This document shows, piece after piece, positions 50,001-62,300 of a stretch of 64,000 nt of DNA (the first letter of the stretch is position 1; each line of letters opens with the position of its first letter). The stretch spans positions 17,112,001 to 17,176,000 of the forward strand of contig JBHGNT010000008.1 in NCBI GenBank assembly GCA_043228905.1. Direction: 5' to 3'. Made by a program: the position numbers and the translations under genes. Below the pieces are notes generated by a model. The model was not told the DNA's origin. It saw only the letters and a list, made by a program, of their open reading frames with translations, and ran no database searches. This DNA is from Azolla caroliniana. Taxonomy: Eukaryota > Plantae > Polypodiophyta.

Positions 50001-50733
50001 CGTCTGATTTTGCCGTTATCAATAACAGCACCCCATCCTCCTCGACATAAGAGAGACACCATTCAAGTTTGGGGTAATCCTTATATTTCACCTCAACCGT
50101 TTTCTCCTCTTGCGTACTACCTTTGTTGATTTTGGTAGTAGCCACAGATGACTTGGATCCTCCTTCCCCCGTTGAGTCAAAAAAAATCTTTTTACTCGTG
50201 TCCTTGATGAAGGAGCCAGATTCTCGTTTTGTCGGAGATCGAATCTTCAATCTAAATGAAGGAACTTTTTGTCTGGGTTCACTGAAATTAAAAACGTTGG
50301 TGAAAACATAGAAACAACGTACAATATTATCTAAATCACGCAAATTATCATTTAAATTACGTCAATTTTATGGTCCCATGCGATAGTTTTTTATCGCAAA
50401 AACAACATTTTTTTCAACCAAAATCCGCTGCACTGCATCGGATTTCGGTTGAAGGTCCCGCCTTTCAACCGAAATCCGATGCACTGACCTTCAACCGAAA
50501 TCCGATGCAGTGCATCGGATTTGCGTTGAAAGGCAGGACCTTCAACCAAAATCCGATGCACTGCATTGGATTTCGGTTGAAGGTCCTGCCTTTCAGAATT
50601 GCTTTCCAAGTTCGTTGTACAAAATAAAATAAAATTTCTATGTGTTGAGGAAAGGAATCTTTAAGGAATCTTTAGGAATCTTAAAAAATGTAAAGAATAT
50701 TACTAACCTGACGATTTTCTTTCCCTTGTTCAT
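47072..50733 (-). pseudogene. Six-exon ParB/Srx-like + beta-class N4/N6 DNA methyltransferase fusion (~968 aa)
   Basis: Exons 50733-50708, 50281-48644, 48561-48423, 48354-47891, 47801-47512 and 47421-47072 splice in phase (2907 nt). ParB-like YYVIGGSHSAEA..CKVY..LAWDHN. MTase motif IV LLIADIPY, then WIKTN, YQKPQRLINRLIELFSNPDDWVLD, and motif I DLFSGTGTT..RNCVALEKD. Lesions are TAG at 49984 and 49018 and one acceptor CAG>CAA. Confidence 0.9.
50413..50595. repeat. Array of 41-bp palindromes in intron 1 of the methyltransferase gene
   Basis: Unit TTCAACCGAAATCCGATGCA-N-TGCATCGGATTTCGGTTGAA at 50413-50453, 50490-50530 and 50541-50581, plus a half unit at 50464-50486. Confidence 0.9.
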
Positions 50734-51030
50734 GGTTTGTGCCGGAGGTAGTGCTGTCGACGATGTGCTTCTGAGTGCTCGAAAATTGGCCTGTGCTCTG
50801 AGCTCGATGGATTCTTTCACGTGATAATGAAAATGAAATTTCTAACCTCCTTATATAGAAGACTTTAGCATTTCTTTTAAAATAAAAAATAATTTTTAAT
50901 TATTTGTTTTTTAGGAAAATTTCGGAAAATAATATAGTTAATCTAAGTGTTCGGGTAGTTATATAGTTAGGCTTTAGCATTCCTTAATTTTCTCAAAAGA
51001 AGGTTTTAGAATACAGTTAGACTCCCTCAA
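50734..51030. promoter_or_regulatory. Candidate bidirectional promoter between MTase gene and transposase
   Basis: About 300 bp, partly AT-rich, between divergent ATGs; CTATATAA on the minus strand at 50851-50858 and TTATATAG at about 50959. Confidence 0.45.
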
Positions 51031-52463
51031 ATGTCTTCTTCTACAAGTAGAACATCTCTTTTTTCTATTGCCCCCTTTTCATTGTCAGACAACTCGTATT
51101 TCTCAATAGAAGAGTACGACCACAAAAAACATTCGCGGCTTAAACAGAAAAGTGTGGCTCCTAGTACTTCGAATTCTCTGTTTTCAATTGATCCTGTTGA
51201 TGGCCCTCTTCATGCAAGCTTACAAGCGGACGATTCTTCGTTGATAGATAACAATAGCATTACTAAACCTCTAGCATTTAAAAGAGTTCCTCGACAAGTT
51301 AGTGAAAAGAGATTTAATTTCTTATGTTCTGATCGTCAACTTCTATGCGACTTGAACAAATAGTGTTGTGCGAATCTCTGTCTATCAACTTATGGAAAGT
51401 CAAGGTTACGTGAAACACGACAAAAATACTTGTCACTTAATGGGGGAAGAGCAAGATACATTTCTTCTTTCGCATATGCAACTTAAATTGGATCACAAAG
51501 CAGGGCCTAATTCAACGCAAGTTGAATATTTCCTTGGACTAAATACCAAGTGTTGTCGAGCAGCTTTTAAAATCACTCATAGCATTGGAAATATGCGGCT
51601 GCAACGAGTTCAAGAGCAACTTCTGAAGGGCTCCTGGGTACAGTTTGATCAAAATGGTTCTGGATGTAAGGGTCAAATTGGGCAATAGGCAATTAGGTGG
51701 ATGGAGGTATATTTTTCAAAATAGTGCGAAGTTATGCCAACGACAGGAAGACTTCATTTGTCAGATAACTTTACTCGAAGGGAAGTTTACCAATCGTACA
51801 AGGATGGCATGTCTTCCGATGTTGAGCCTTACATACAGTACAGGCATTTTAATCGACTATGGAGGTTACAATTTAATAACGTGGTTATCCCACGAAAGGT
51901 GCGAATGGGAGTCTGCTCAATATGTGCGAGTTTAAAAAGTATGGCCAAGGGTGGAAAATCAGATGTAGAGATCAAGAATTACAAGAACCTATTAAAAGAA
52001 CATCGTGAAAGTCAGGCATTGGAACGTACTAAGGCTATGCATCACCGACAAAAAGCGTTTCAATCTCCCGAAAAGTATATGTGCATGATTATTGACGGCA
52101 TGGATCAAAAGAAAACTTGTTTGCCGCATTTTCAAAGACTCCCCAAGGATATTGGAGATGAGTGTCTCGTGCAAATGCATCTAGTGGGTTGTTTGACATA
52201 TTCTCAAACTATAAGACCGCAAGTGTTCTTAACTTATCCCAATATCCACAACGACCCTAATCTTACTGTCACTGTCATGCACAGGGTATTGCAATCATGG
52301 TCAGGTATACTCCCGCCAGTTCTATATGTGCAACTAGACAACACAACAAGAGAGAATAAGAACTCAACTGTCTTCGGCTATCTAAGCATGCTAGTAGAGA
52401 GGGGCATATTTAAAAAGATAAAGGTTAACTTCTTGTTGGTTGGTCATACCCATGATCACATAG
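51031..52463 (+). pseudogene. DNA transposase, Sola1-like (DUF7869-type) DDD family, 3'-truncated
   Basis: CC..LC and CCRAAF N-terminal motifs, F.RLW, CSIC, IIDGMDQKKT, LYVQLDNTTRENKN, FLLVGHTHDHI. Stops at 51361, 51686 and 51722, a frameshift at the G-run 51442-51446, and homology breaks off just before the expected third Asp. Confidence 0.8.
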
Positions 52464-53044
52464 CTTGGACTAGGGAGTAGAGGGGAAGTGGAAGCTTAGC
52501 TCGAGAGGAGAGGAGAAGGACTAGGACATAAACATAGAATGGATGGAGGCAAGATACACAAACGAGTTATATTAAGAAACACCAAACACTTTACAACCAT
52601 GGCCGCATAGGCTGAACGAAAACACTATATGGAACCCTAACCTGATAAGTAAAGTAAAGAAGATGATGAAGAAGAAACCCTAAATGAAACCCTAAACCTG
52701 AAATGGTATGAAGAAGAAAAAGAATAGTAAAACCCTAGAGGAAACCCTAAAACCGAAATAGAAACCCTCGACCTAAGTGGTATACCTCTCTCACTCAAAA
52801 TAGGCAACCCTTTTACAAGGGACCCTCCCTTCCTTTTATAGCCCAAGGAGGGAGGGACGTTACAATGTGGGATAAATCCCTTATTACATGGGTGGGATTC
52901 TCTATCCCAACTTAACTCCTATTCGGCGCCATAAAGGCACCCCATTATCTTACACGGGTATACAAGGGTGAGTGCTCACGCCGCACCCTACCGACATTCC
53001 CAATAGGCCCGGTTTTCTCACTATGGTCGTGAATCTTCACGACA
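52464..53044. mobile_element. Partial LTR (gypsy-related) abutting the truncated transposase
   Basis: Ends CTTCACGACA and contains ccttccttttatagcccaaggaggg, like the 620-bp gypsy LTR; carries AAACCCTAA repeats. Confidence 0.55.
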
Positions 53045-53198
53045 ACGTACTTCAATGCTCATAACTGAGCTCCTACATTAACTCCCAAATATATTCCCTC
53101 GCGGAATATCTGTCCAACGAATTCCTGGTTTTTGCACTGATCCGGCCTCTTGTTGCACACCGATTTACGCACCGATCCGGCCAATGTTGAGCTTGTAT

Positions 53199-53670
53199 CT
53201 CAACATATGAATACTTGTACACCAAAAAGAAAGTACACAAGATGTTTACGTGGAAAACCCTGAATGAGAAAAACCACGGGAGCCCACAGACTCCAACTAT
53301 CACTATATGAGAACGATACACTCAGAGACTCAGAGGCAACTACCTTGAGTTCTGTATCTTCACCAGGCGGCGGTTAGAACAGAGTATCACTCTGTATCTC
53401 CCTCTCCTCTCTCTCTCTCTCTATACAACAGTTATACATACAACAATATGACAACACATTCTAAGTGATTGCCCTAAGTCATATTTATACTTATATGAAC
53501 TTAGGGCTATTTACAAATATAGCCTCAATAGGCTTACTCAAAACATATTTACAACTATGTCTTCTGTTCCGGTTCTCACCGGGTCCATCCGATCTGGTTT
53601 CCGGATCTCTTCCGGTTCTCACCGGCTCCTCTTCATTCATAACCGGATCCCATCCGATGATTTTCCAACA
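53199..53670 (-). mobile_element. Diverged LTR of the copia C family
   Basis: Shares atgtttacgtggaaaaccc..aaaaaccacgggagccc and gccctaagtcatatttatac with LTR 42930-43518; ends CCAACA. Confidence 0.7.
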
Positions 53671-54565
53671 ACTTAGGCTATTTATGTAAATGGTGAGAAG
53701 GGCGGTTGCCCTAAGTTAGTCAGTATATAAATTGGCTTTGTAACCTTGTAATTGTTGGTTGCTCATTTTGTAAAAGGTTGAAATAAACTTCGTTGACATT
53801 GTGTCTACCTGTCTCTAACTCTCTATTGCGTACTGGTTGCATCTTATCATTGGCTCATGTTGCCATTGATCTTTCTCGTTTGTACATAATCTTATGATCT
53901 TCAAAAAGAGAGGGTAGATTAAGTTCCGCATTAGATGGTGGTGTTCCCAACATCTGGTATCAGAGCTTGGTCGTCTGTTTGACTCTACTGCCGCCTTCTA
54001 TCTAGTCTCCATTGACAACTCTCGCTTGTGTATCCTGAAGATCTTAGTTGATCTCGACAAGCAACCTACAACAAGATTGTTTACACAAAGAGAAACATGA
54101 CGAAGTTTGCACTCTATTGTTCTAGGTCACTCTTGGTTATGTGATCATAGTCGCTCGGAGTGAGACTTCTATCTTGACTAAGCCAAATCGTTGCTTCACT
54201 CGGCTAGGCGGAAATCGAGTAGGTCATCTAACGCTTTTCTCCTACTCGTCGTAGTCACCTAAAGCAAGCATGGCTCTAGGGGCAACCCCAATCTATGTTT
54301 CATTCGACTGAACGACATTCGGGAGGACCAGTCGGATCCATCCCTCTCATTGCTGCAGTTAACCGAAACAAGATCGGCTTGGAGTATTGCATATAATCTG
54401 TGTTGAGAAATTTCGAGAAATAAAAAACGAATCATCAAATCCAGGTTCAACTCAACTAAGTCAGTTGATAGTAGTCACTCCGAACAAGATTCACTGATAT
54501 TCATAATCAACACGACTTATGTCTAGCTTCGGCTAGAACGACATCGAGTGAGCCAAGCTGTTGCA

Positions 54566-55183
54566 CTCCATCACAGTTCGTAGCTAACTCCGGACAAAGT
54601 CTATTATACCAACACAGATGGCTTCAACATCTGGCTTGTCAAAAATGAGTCTAAGGAAGTTCAACGGATCGAACTTCAACTTTTGGAAGGAGCAGATGCA
54701 AAACTATTTAATAGTCAAGGGGGGCAAATTGACCCCATTGAGTATTAAGACCCTCCAAAAGGATATAAGTCGCTTGAATGGGAAAAGCTCGACAGAATCG
54801 TCCGAGCCACCATTCGGATGCACCTATCGGAGTCTGTGTACTTCATGGTGCAATCGTGTTCGACTACCTTCCAATACCATAACCGACATCGGTGGCTAGG
54901 AGAAGAGGCCAGTTGAAGGGTGTTTAAAGGCATGCGGAACCAAGCTGCTACACTCCATCACAGTTCGTAGCTAACTCCGGACAAAGTCTATTATACCAAC
55001 ACAGATGGCTTCAACATCCAGCTCGTTAGAAATGAGTCTAAGGAAGTTCGACGGATCAAACTTCAACTTCTGGAAGGAGCAGATGCAAGACTATTTAATA
55101 GTCAAGGGGCAAATTGACCCCATTGAGTATTAAGACCCTCCAGAAGGATATAAGTCGCTTGAATGGGAAAAGCTCGACAGAAT
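54566..55183 (+). repeat. ~387-bp tandem duplication covering the gag start of G
   Basis: ctccatcacagttcgtagctaactccggac.. occurs at about 54566 and 54953; copy 2 resumes at 60308 after element F. Confidence 0.85.
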
Positions 55184-58100
55184 TGTTGGGATTACGGTCC
55201 CTTCGGATGGGATGGTCGGATATCGGAGATGAATGCCGACAAGCCCGGTTTCGGTTTCGGAACCGGATGATGAAGACCCCGGCTTCGGAGCCGGATGACG
55301 AATGTACCCGGAGCGAGATCCGGATGCGGGGACATATCTGTGAATATGTTTGCCAAGGGCCCTTGAGGCTATAGTTGTAAATAGCCCCAAAGTCATATGT
55401 GTATAAATATGACTTAGGGCAAACAGTTTTAATGTTGCTACTCATTTTTCTGTTTTTCCACTCAAGAGGAGTGAAGAGAGAGCAGCCGTGAGAGAGATAG
55501 AGCGTGAGAGAGGAGGAGGTCGACGCCTCTGTGTATTTCCGCCGCCTGTGGCGAGGACAACGAGCTCAAGGTCGTCGCCTTGCAGCTCGCCATTGTATAT
55601 TTCTCTGTGCATAGTTTTGGTTTGGAGTCTTGTACTCCCGTGGTTTTTCCCGTCTAGGGTTTTCCACGTTAATCCCTGTGTATTCGTGTTCTTTCTCTGT
55701 GGTTCCTATTTTCTGCTGCATTGATTCGTGCTTACTCGGTTGTGGCCGAGCGGTGAAGGTTAATCGGAGCGTCGATTTCTCTACAAACTGGTATCAGAGC
55801 GACTGCTGCAGAAAATGGAAGGCGGCGGCAGCGGGCAGCCGGGGATGATGGTGCTGAATGCGCAGAATTACGCCGACTGGAAGATCAAGATGGAGGATCT
55901 TCTGATTGTTCGGGACCTGTACGAACCGATCGACAGGTCGGAAATACCGAAGGGGGTACTTGAGTCGGAATGGAGGCTTCTGAACCGGAAAGCCGTAGCA
56001 ACCATTCGGCAATACGTAGACGTGAGCGTTCTACAACATGTGGCGAACGACACCAACGCATATGAGATGTGGCGGAAGCTGTCGGGCCTCTACGAGAGGA
56101 AGAATGCGTTGAACCGGACCTCCCTGATGAGGAAGATAGTGAACCTCAAGTACCGGGACGGCGAGAGTATGGTGGAACACGTAAGCACGTTCATGGGATT
56201 CGTGAACCAGCTTGCGGCGATCAAGTTCCCGTTGGAGGATGCAATGCAAGCCATCATCCTGATGTGTACATTGCCGGAAAGCTGGGAGAACTTGGTGGTG
56301 ACTCTCAGCACCTCCTGCACCGAAGATAACTTGTCCCTACAAACGGTAAAGACAAGTATTTTGAACGAAGAAGCGCGTCGGAGAGATAAAGAACCGGCCT
56401 CTGATCCGAAGATGTTGTTTACCGAATCGGATCGGGGAAGACAACGGAACCGGAGTCCGCAAAGACGGGAGAAGTCGGGGACCCGGTCGCAGTCAAGAGG
56501 AAGACCCACATGCTTCCACTGTGGGAAGCCGGGGCACTTCCAAAAGAATTGTCGGCATTACCGAAAAGACAATGGAGCCGACGACACCGATTCGAAGAAG
56601 TCTTCGGAACGGAACGGTGTTTACCGGGGAGCCACGGACCGGAATGGTTCGGATCGGCGAGGGCAGGACAGGAAAGGAACGACGACACTCGCGGCAAGTG
56701 AGGAAGAAATCATGCTCATCACTGAAGAAGGTGAGCTAAACATTGCCGGCGATGAGACGACCTGGGTGGTCGATTCCGGAGCGTTGTTCCACCTGACCCC
56801 GGAGAAGAAATACTTCTCATCCTACACAGCCGGTGAGCACGGCTATGTCCGGATGGGAAATGAAGGTACGTGCCGGATCGCCGGCATAGGAGACGTGTGG
56901 TTGACAACCTCGACCGGATGTAAAATGCTGCTGAAGGATGTCCGACACGTTCCGGAGGTTCGATTGAACCTGATTTCGGCCGGGAGGCTAGACGATGAAG
57001 GCTACACAGGTAGCATCCGGAACGGCGTAATGAAGTTCAGCAAAGGGAGCCTGATAGTGGCTCGGGCCCGGAAGATCAACACACTGTACCTCATGAATGC
57101 CCGGTTATGTCCGGAAGTGCTGAATGTGGCAGCCGACACTGCCGGTGAGCTGTGGCACAAAAGACTGTGCCACATGAGTGAGAAGGGGATGAAGAGGCTT
57201 GCAGAAGACAACCTTATTCCAGTGAAGCATGTGCACCTGGAGAAGTGCACCGATTGCCTGGCCGGTAAGCAGAACCGAACCTCCTTCCACTCAAGGCCAC
57301 CGACGAGACGTAGCGCACCATTGGAGTTGGTGCACACCGATGTGTGTCAGGTAGAAACGAAGTCACATGGCGGAGCCCAGTACTTCGTAACATTCATAGA
57401 TGATCATAGCCGAAGACTGTGGACGGCACCGATGAAGACAAAGGACCAAGTGTTGTCCGTCTTCAAAGAACTCCACGCGAGAGTGGAAAGAGAATCCGGC
57501 AAGAAGCTCAAAGCGATACGAGCGGATAACGGAGGGGAATACCGGGGACAGTTCCAGGAGTACTGTCGCTCGAAGGGAATCCGGCTCGAGTTTACTGTGC
57601 CGAAGACGCCGGAACTGAACGGGCTGGCCGAGAGGATGAATCGGACCATAATGGAGAGGGTCCGGAGTATGTTGGCGCATGCGGAATTACCCAAGGGGTT
57701 TTGGGCTGAGGCGATGTCGAAGGTGACATACGTGATAAACAGATCACCCTCAGTACGTTTGGACGGAGACACGCCGCAGAGAGTGTGGACCGGTAGGGAA
57801 GTATCCTACCGGCATCTGAAGGTGTTCGGGTGTCTCGCATACGTGCATGTGGCAAAGGACCGGAGAGGAAAGCTAGATCCAAAGACCCGGCCATGCATAT
57901 TCCTCGGTTACGGCGATGACGAGTTCGGCTACCGAGTATGGGACCCGGTCGACAAGAAGATATTCCGGAGTCGTGATATCATCTTCATGGAGAACAAGAC
58001 ACTCGCCGACTGGGAGTCGGAGAAGAAGATGAAGAGCTCCAAGTAGACCGGTGAGGATCAACTCTACGAGGAGCAGTCCCGACCGGCAAGGGACCGGTTA

Positions 58101-60302
58101 GCACTCGAGGATCCGGCCGAAGACGGTGAAGAAACAAAACCGGCCGAAGAAGATGAAAATGATACCGGAACCGGCCCCGATCCCGAAATAGATTCGGATG
58201 AAGAAGAATCGGAAGAACCGGTTACCGAAGCTCCGGAACGGAGATATCCTCTAAGAGAGAGAAGGGCCCCCCGGAGATTTCCGGAACCAGAGCACCTGTT
58301 GCTAACCGACGAGGGGGAGCCGGAGAGCTTTGAAGAAGCAAAGCATGACACCCAGAGCCGCAGGTGGTTGACTGCCATGCAGGACGAGATGGATTCCCTG
58401 CATGAGAACCACACATATGAACTTGTGGAGTTGCCGAAAGGAAAGCGGGCACTTCGAAACAAGTGGGTGTTCAAGCTAAAACCGGGAGATGCCGGAAACC
58501 CCCCGAGATACAAAGCCAGGATCGTGGTGAAGGGGTTTCAGCAAAAGAAGGGCGTCGACTTCGACGAGATATTTGCCCCGGTAGTGAAGATGACCTCCAT
58601 CCGGACGGTGCTGAGCATAGCGGCAAGCATGGACCTCGAGGTAGAACAGATGGACGTGAAGACGACATTCCTCCTCCTGTACGAAGGAGGAGACTTTCTA
58701 ATACTCCTCCTGTACGTGGACGACATGTTGATCGTCGGACGGGACCAGGTCAAGATACGGATGCTGAAGAAGGCTCTTAACCGAACCTTCTCAATGAAGG
58801 ACTTGGGTCCGGCGAGACAAATACTAGGGATGCACATCATCCGGGACCGGAGCAAGAAGCAGTTGTGGCTGTCACAGGAGAAGTACGTGACAAAGGTGCT
58901 TAAACGGTTCAACATGTCGGAAGCAAGGCCGGTCGGATCGACCCTCCCGGCAAACTGCAAGCTGTCCAACAAGCAAAGTCCCAAGACAAAGGCTGAAAAG
59001 GAGGATATGATGAAAGTGCCGTATGCCTCAGCCGTCGGGAGCTTGATGTACGCCATGGTGTGTACGAGACCGGACATAGGATATGCAGTCGGAGTGGTGA
59101 GCCGGTACATGAGCAATCCCGGCAAAGAGCATTGGAACGCGGCCAAGTGGATACTCCGATACCTGAAGGGCACGGCAAACGTGTGCCTCCGATTCGGCTC
59201 CGGTAAGCCCGAACTCGACGGCTTCACCGATTCGGATATGTCGGCTGATGCAGATACCAGCCGGTCCACATCAGGGTATGTGATGACGTATGCAGGGGGA
59301 GCTGTTTCATGGCAGTCGAGGCTGCAGAAGACGGTTGCGTTGTCAACCACGGAGGCGGAGTACATGGCGGCTGTTGAAGCCGGCAAGGAAATAATATGGA
59401 TGAAGGACTTCATTAGAGAGCTCGGTATCCGACAGGAGGAGTACCGACTCTACTGCGACAGTCAGAGTGCAATCCACCTTGCGAAGAACGCAGCCTATCA
59501 CTCCCGGACGAAGCACATCCAGCGAAGATATCACTGGATCCGGGAAAGGATAGAAGACAAGGAGTTCGTGCTGACGAAGGTCCACACGGACGAGAACGGG
59601 TCGGATATGCTGACCAAGGTGCTCACGCCCGACAAGCTGGAAGCATGCCGGAAGAGGATCGGATTGGAGAGACATCCCATGCCGAAGTGAAGGGGGAGTT
59701 TGTTGGGATTACGGTCCCTTCGGATGGGATGGTCGGATATCGGAGATGAATGCCGACAAGCCCGGTTTCGGTTTCGGAACCGGATGATGAAGACCCCGGC
59801 TTCGGAGCCGGATGACGAATGTACCCGGAGCGAGATCCGGATGCGGGGACATATCTGTGAATATGTTTGCCAAGGGCCCTTGAGGCTATAGTTGTAAATA
59901 GCCCCAAAGTCATATGTGTATAAATATGACTTAGGGCAAACAGTTTTAATGTTGCTACTCATTTTTCTGTTTTTCCACTCAAGAGGAGTGAAGAGAGAGC
60001 AGCCGTGAGAGAGATAGAGCGTGAGAGAGGAGGAGGTCGACGCCTCTGTGTATTTCCGCCGCCTGTGGCGAGGACAACGAGCTCAAGGTCGTCGCCTTGC
60101 AGCTCGCCATTGTATATTTCTCTGTGCATAGTTTTGGTTTGGAGTCTTGTACTCCCGTGGTTTTTCCCGTCTAGGGTTTTCCACGTTAATCCCTGTGTAT
60201 TCGTGTTCTTTCTCTGTGGTTCCTATTTTCTGCTGCATTGATTCGTGCTTACTCGGTTGTGGCCGAGCGGTGAAGGTTAATCGGAGCGTCGATTTCTCTA
60301 CA
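55184..60302 (+). mobile_element. Ty1/copia element F with apparently identical 602-bp LTRs
   Basis: LTRs 55184-55785 and 59701-60302, TSD AGAAT, PBS tggtatcagagc at 55789-55800, PPT gaagggggagtt. Gag-pol 55815-59690 has a TAG at 58044-58046 and an RT deletion at about 58675. Confidence 0.97.
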
Positions 60303-61699
60303 AGAATCGTCCGAGCCACCATTCGGATGCACCTATCGGAGCTTGTGTACTTCATGGTGCAATCATGTTCGACTACCTTCCAATACCATAACCGGCATCG
60401 GTGGCCGGGAGAAGAGGCTGGTTGAAGGGCGTTTAAAGGCATGGGCCCCGACGACGAGATCGGAGGCGCCATGGAGGCGGTCTCATTCGATGACACCCTT
60501 GGGGAGATCAGGAGGGTGATCGAAGCAGACCTGAACGAAGACTAGATGATTCCGATTAATTCCCGTTGAGCTTGCCCGCTCAATAGTTGGGAATGAAGCA
60601 AAGGGAGTTATTGCTTCATTGTGACAGCCAAACCACTATACATCTAGCCAAGAATGTTGCGTACCACTCCCGAACCAAACATATATAGAGGAGGTATCGC
60701 TGGTTGCGGGTGAAAGTGGAAGAAGGAGAGTTTACCCTTCTAAAGATCCATACTCACGAAAATGGATCCGACATGTTGACGAAGAACCTACCGATGGACA
60801 GACTCATAGTCTGTCGACTGAAGACAGGACTAACCAACTCCACCCATAGGAGTGAAGGGGGATTTTGTTAGGAATATGTCCCTCATGTGGGAGGAGCCGA
60901 CTGTTTGGCTAAGTAAGAGCCAACAATCGAAGACAAGGAGTAGCTGACTAGTCGAGCTGAGAACCGACAATCCATGACAATGAGCTGTCAACATGGAGAG
61001 TCGACAATATAGTAAGTGATCCAAGTCAAGCCAACTGGATGGTCGGCTACAAGGCCAACTAGTTGGGCCGATTAGACAGTCGACATAGGAGTCGGCTAGT
61101 CGAAATGACTAGTCGATCAGTCGTCTAATTAGGGACTATTAGTGTTATTATCAAATAATAATGATACTAGACATATTTGTAAATAGCCCAAACGGTGTAT
61201 AAGTATAAATACATCTAGGGCAACACTTTAGAAGGTCATGTAGATTAGAGTTTCTATAGTTGTGAGTTGCAAAGTGTAGAGCAGAGTGAGAGAGAGTGTG
61301 AGTAGTGCCATAGCTATGTAGCATCAGACGCCAAGAGCCTTGTGTGGCTGATACACTCTATATACATGAGAGGGTTGTAACATGTTCTCCCTTTGTACAT
61401 CTCTAGTATAGTGAAGATCTCTTCTCCCGTGGTTCTCCCTTGTTTCGGGTTTCCAAGTTAAATACTATGTATTCTGTGCATTTTCTGTTTATACATTTCA
61501 GCACATCTTTCTCGACTGTTTTTGGTATATTTCCCATCAAAAAGTACCTAACTACATTCTACCTCGTACGTATAAATACTTTATATTTACAAATTTTTGT
61601 ACACAATACCCCTTTCATATGCATACATGCACACCCCGTGTTCACACACATCCGGCGAGTTCTCCTTCTCGTAGCCAAAATTCCCTATTCATACGCATC

Positions 61700-62188
61700 C
61701 GACGACCTTTCTCTCATTTGCCGGAATCCTCCACGACAACGTGCAGCCGTGTTGGCTCCAAAAATCTTCTTGAGATTGCCCCAAGCTTCTTTTGGCGTTT
61801 TTGCCTCTCGAATGTAGCCAAGCATGTGATCATGAACGCATAATGCTAGGCAGTATAACGCACAGCACGTCGCTTGCTCCCAAGCTTGGTAGTCAACATG
61901 TGCTAGGTTGGGTTGATTTTTGTGAGCTCATTCGATGTAGCTCCAATAGCCTTGACCTACAAGGTATTGGTGCATCTTGTATTTCCAAGATGCAAAGTTC
62001 GATTTGTCGAGTTTCTCGATGGGCAGAGCGCTTCCCATCTGAGTGTTCATTTTTCTCCTCTTTCATTTAGTCGGTTGTGTTTGATCGTCGGCGAGCAATA
62101 CAACACAGTTGAATGAATCAAACTACCACACACTCTGATATCATGTGAAGAAATGGAGGGTCTAGGTGATCTTATGTAGTGGAAGGAA

Positions 62189-62232
<44 letters not shown>

Positions 62233-62300
62233 AGAGAGAGAGAACGAGAAGTTGTATTAGACAAACAATGAAATACATCCAACAATAACTAAGTTACAAA
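61700..62300 (-). mobile_element. Remnant of a B-family copia: gag 5' part, PBS and LTR start
   Basis: 61810-62030 resembles B gag (3270-3510); ctctgatatca PBS at about 62132-62142 is followed by TGTGAAGAA..(GT)n(GA)n, like the B LTR. Confidence 0.6.

Larger units (their letters stand above)
53671..61519 (+). mobile_element. Non-autonomous/chimeric copia region G: LTR end, PBS, long leader, duplicated gag start, RH tail, PPT, LTR
   Basis: PBS tggtatcagagc at about 53956, gag start MASTS..KFNGSNFNFWKEQMQ twice, RH tail at 60590-60850, PPT, LTR 60866 to about 61520. The two LTR pieces do not match each other, so this may be a composite of two elements. Confidence 0.6.

Noticed and set aside
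50413-50595. CRISPR-like array
   Set aside because: Spacers are about 10 bp, not unique and related to each other; no cas genes; eukaryotic intron context.
47072-50733. Bacterial or phage contamination, or a restriction-modification operon
   Set aside because: Five in-phase spliceosomal introns, contiguous plant LTR flanks and no restriction enzyme gene.
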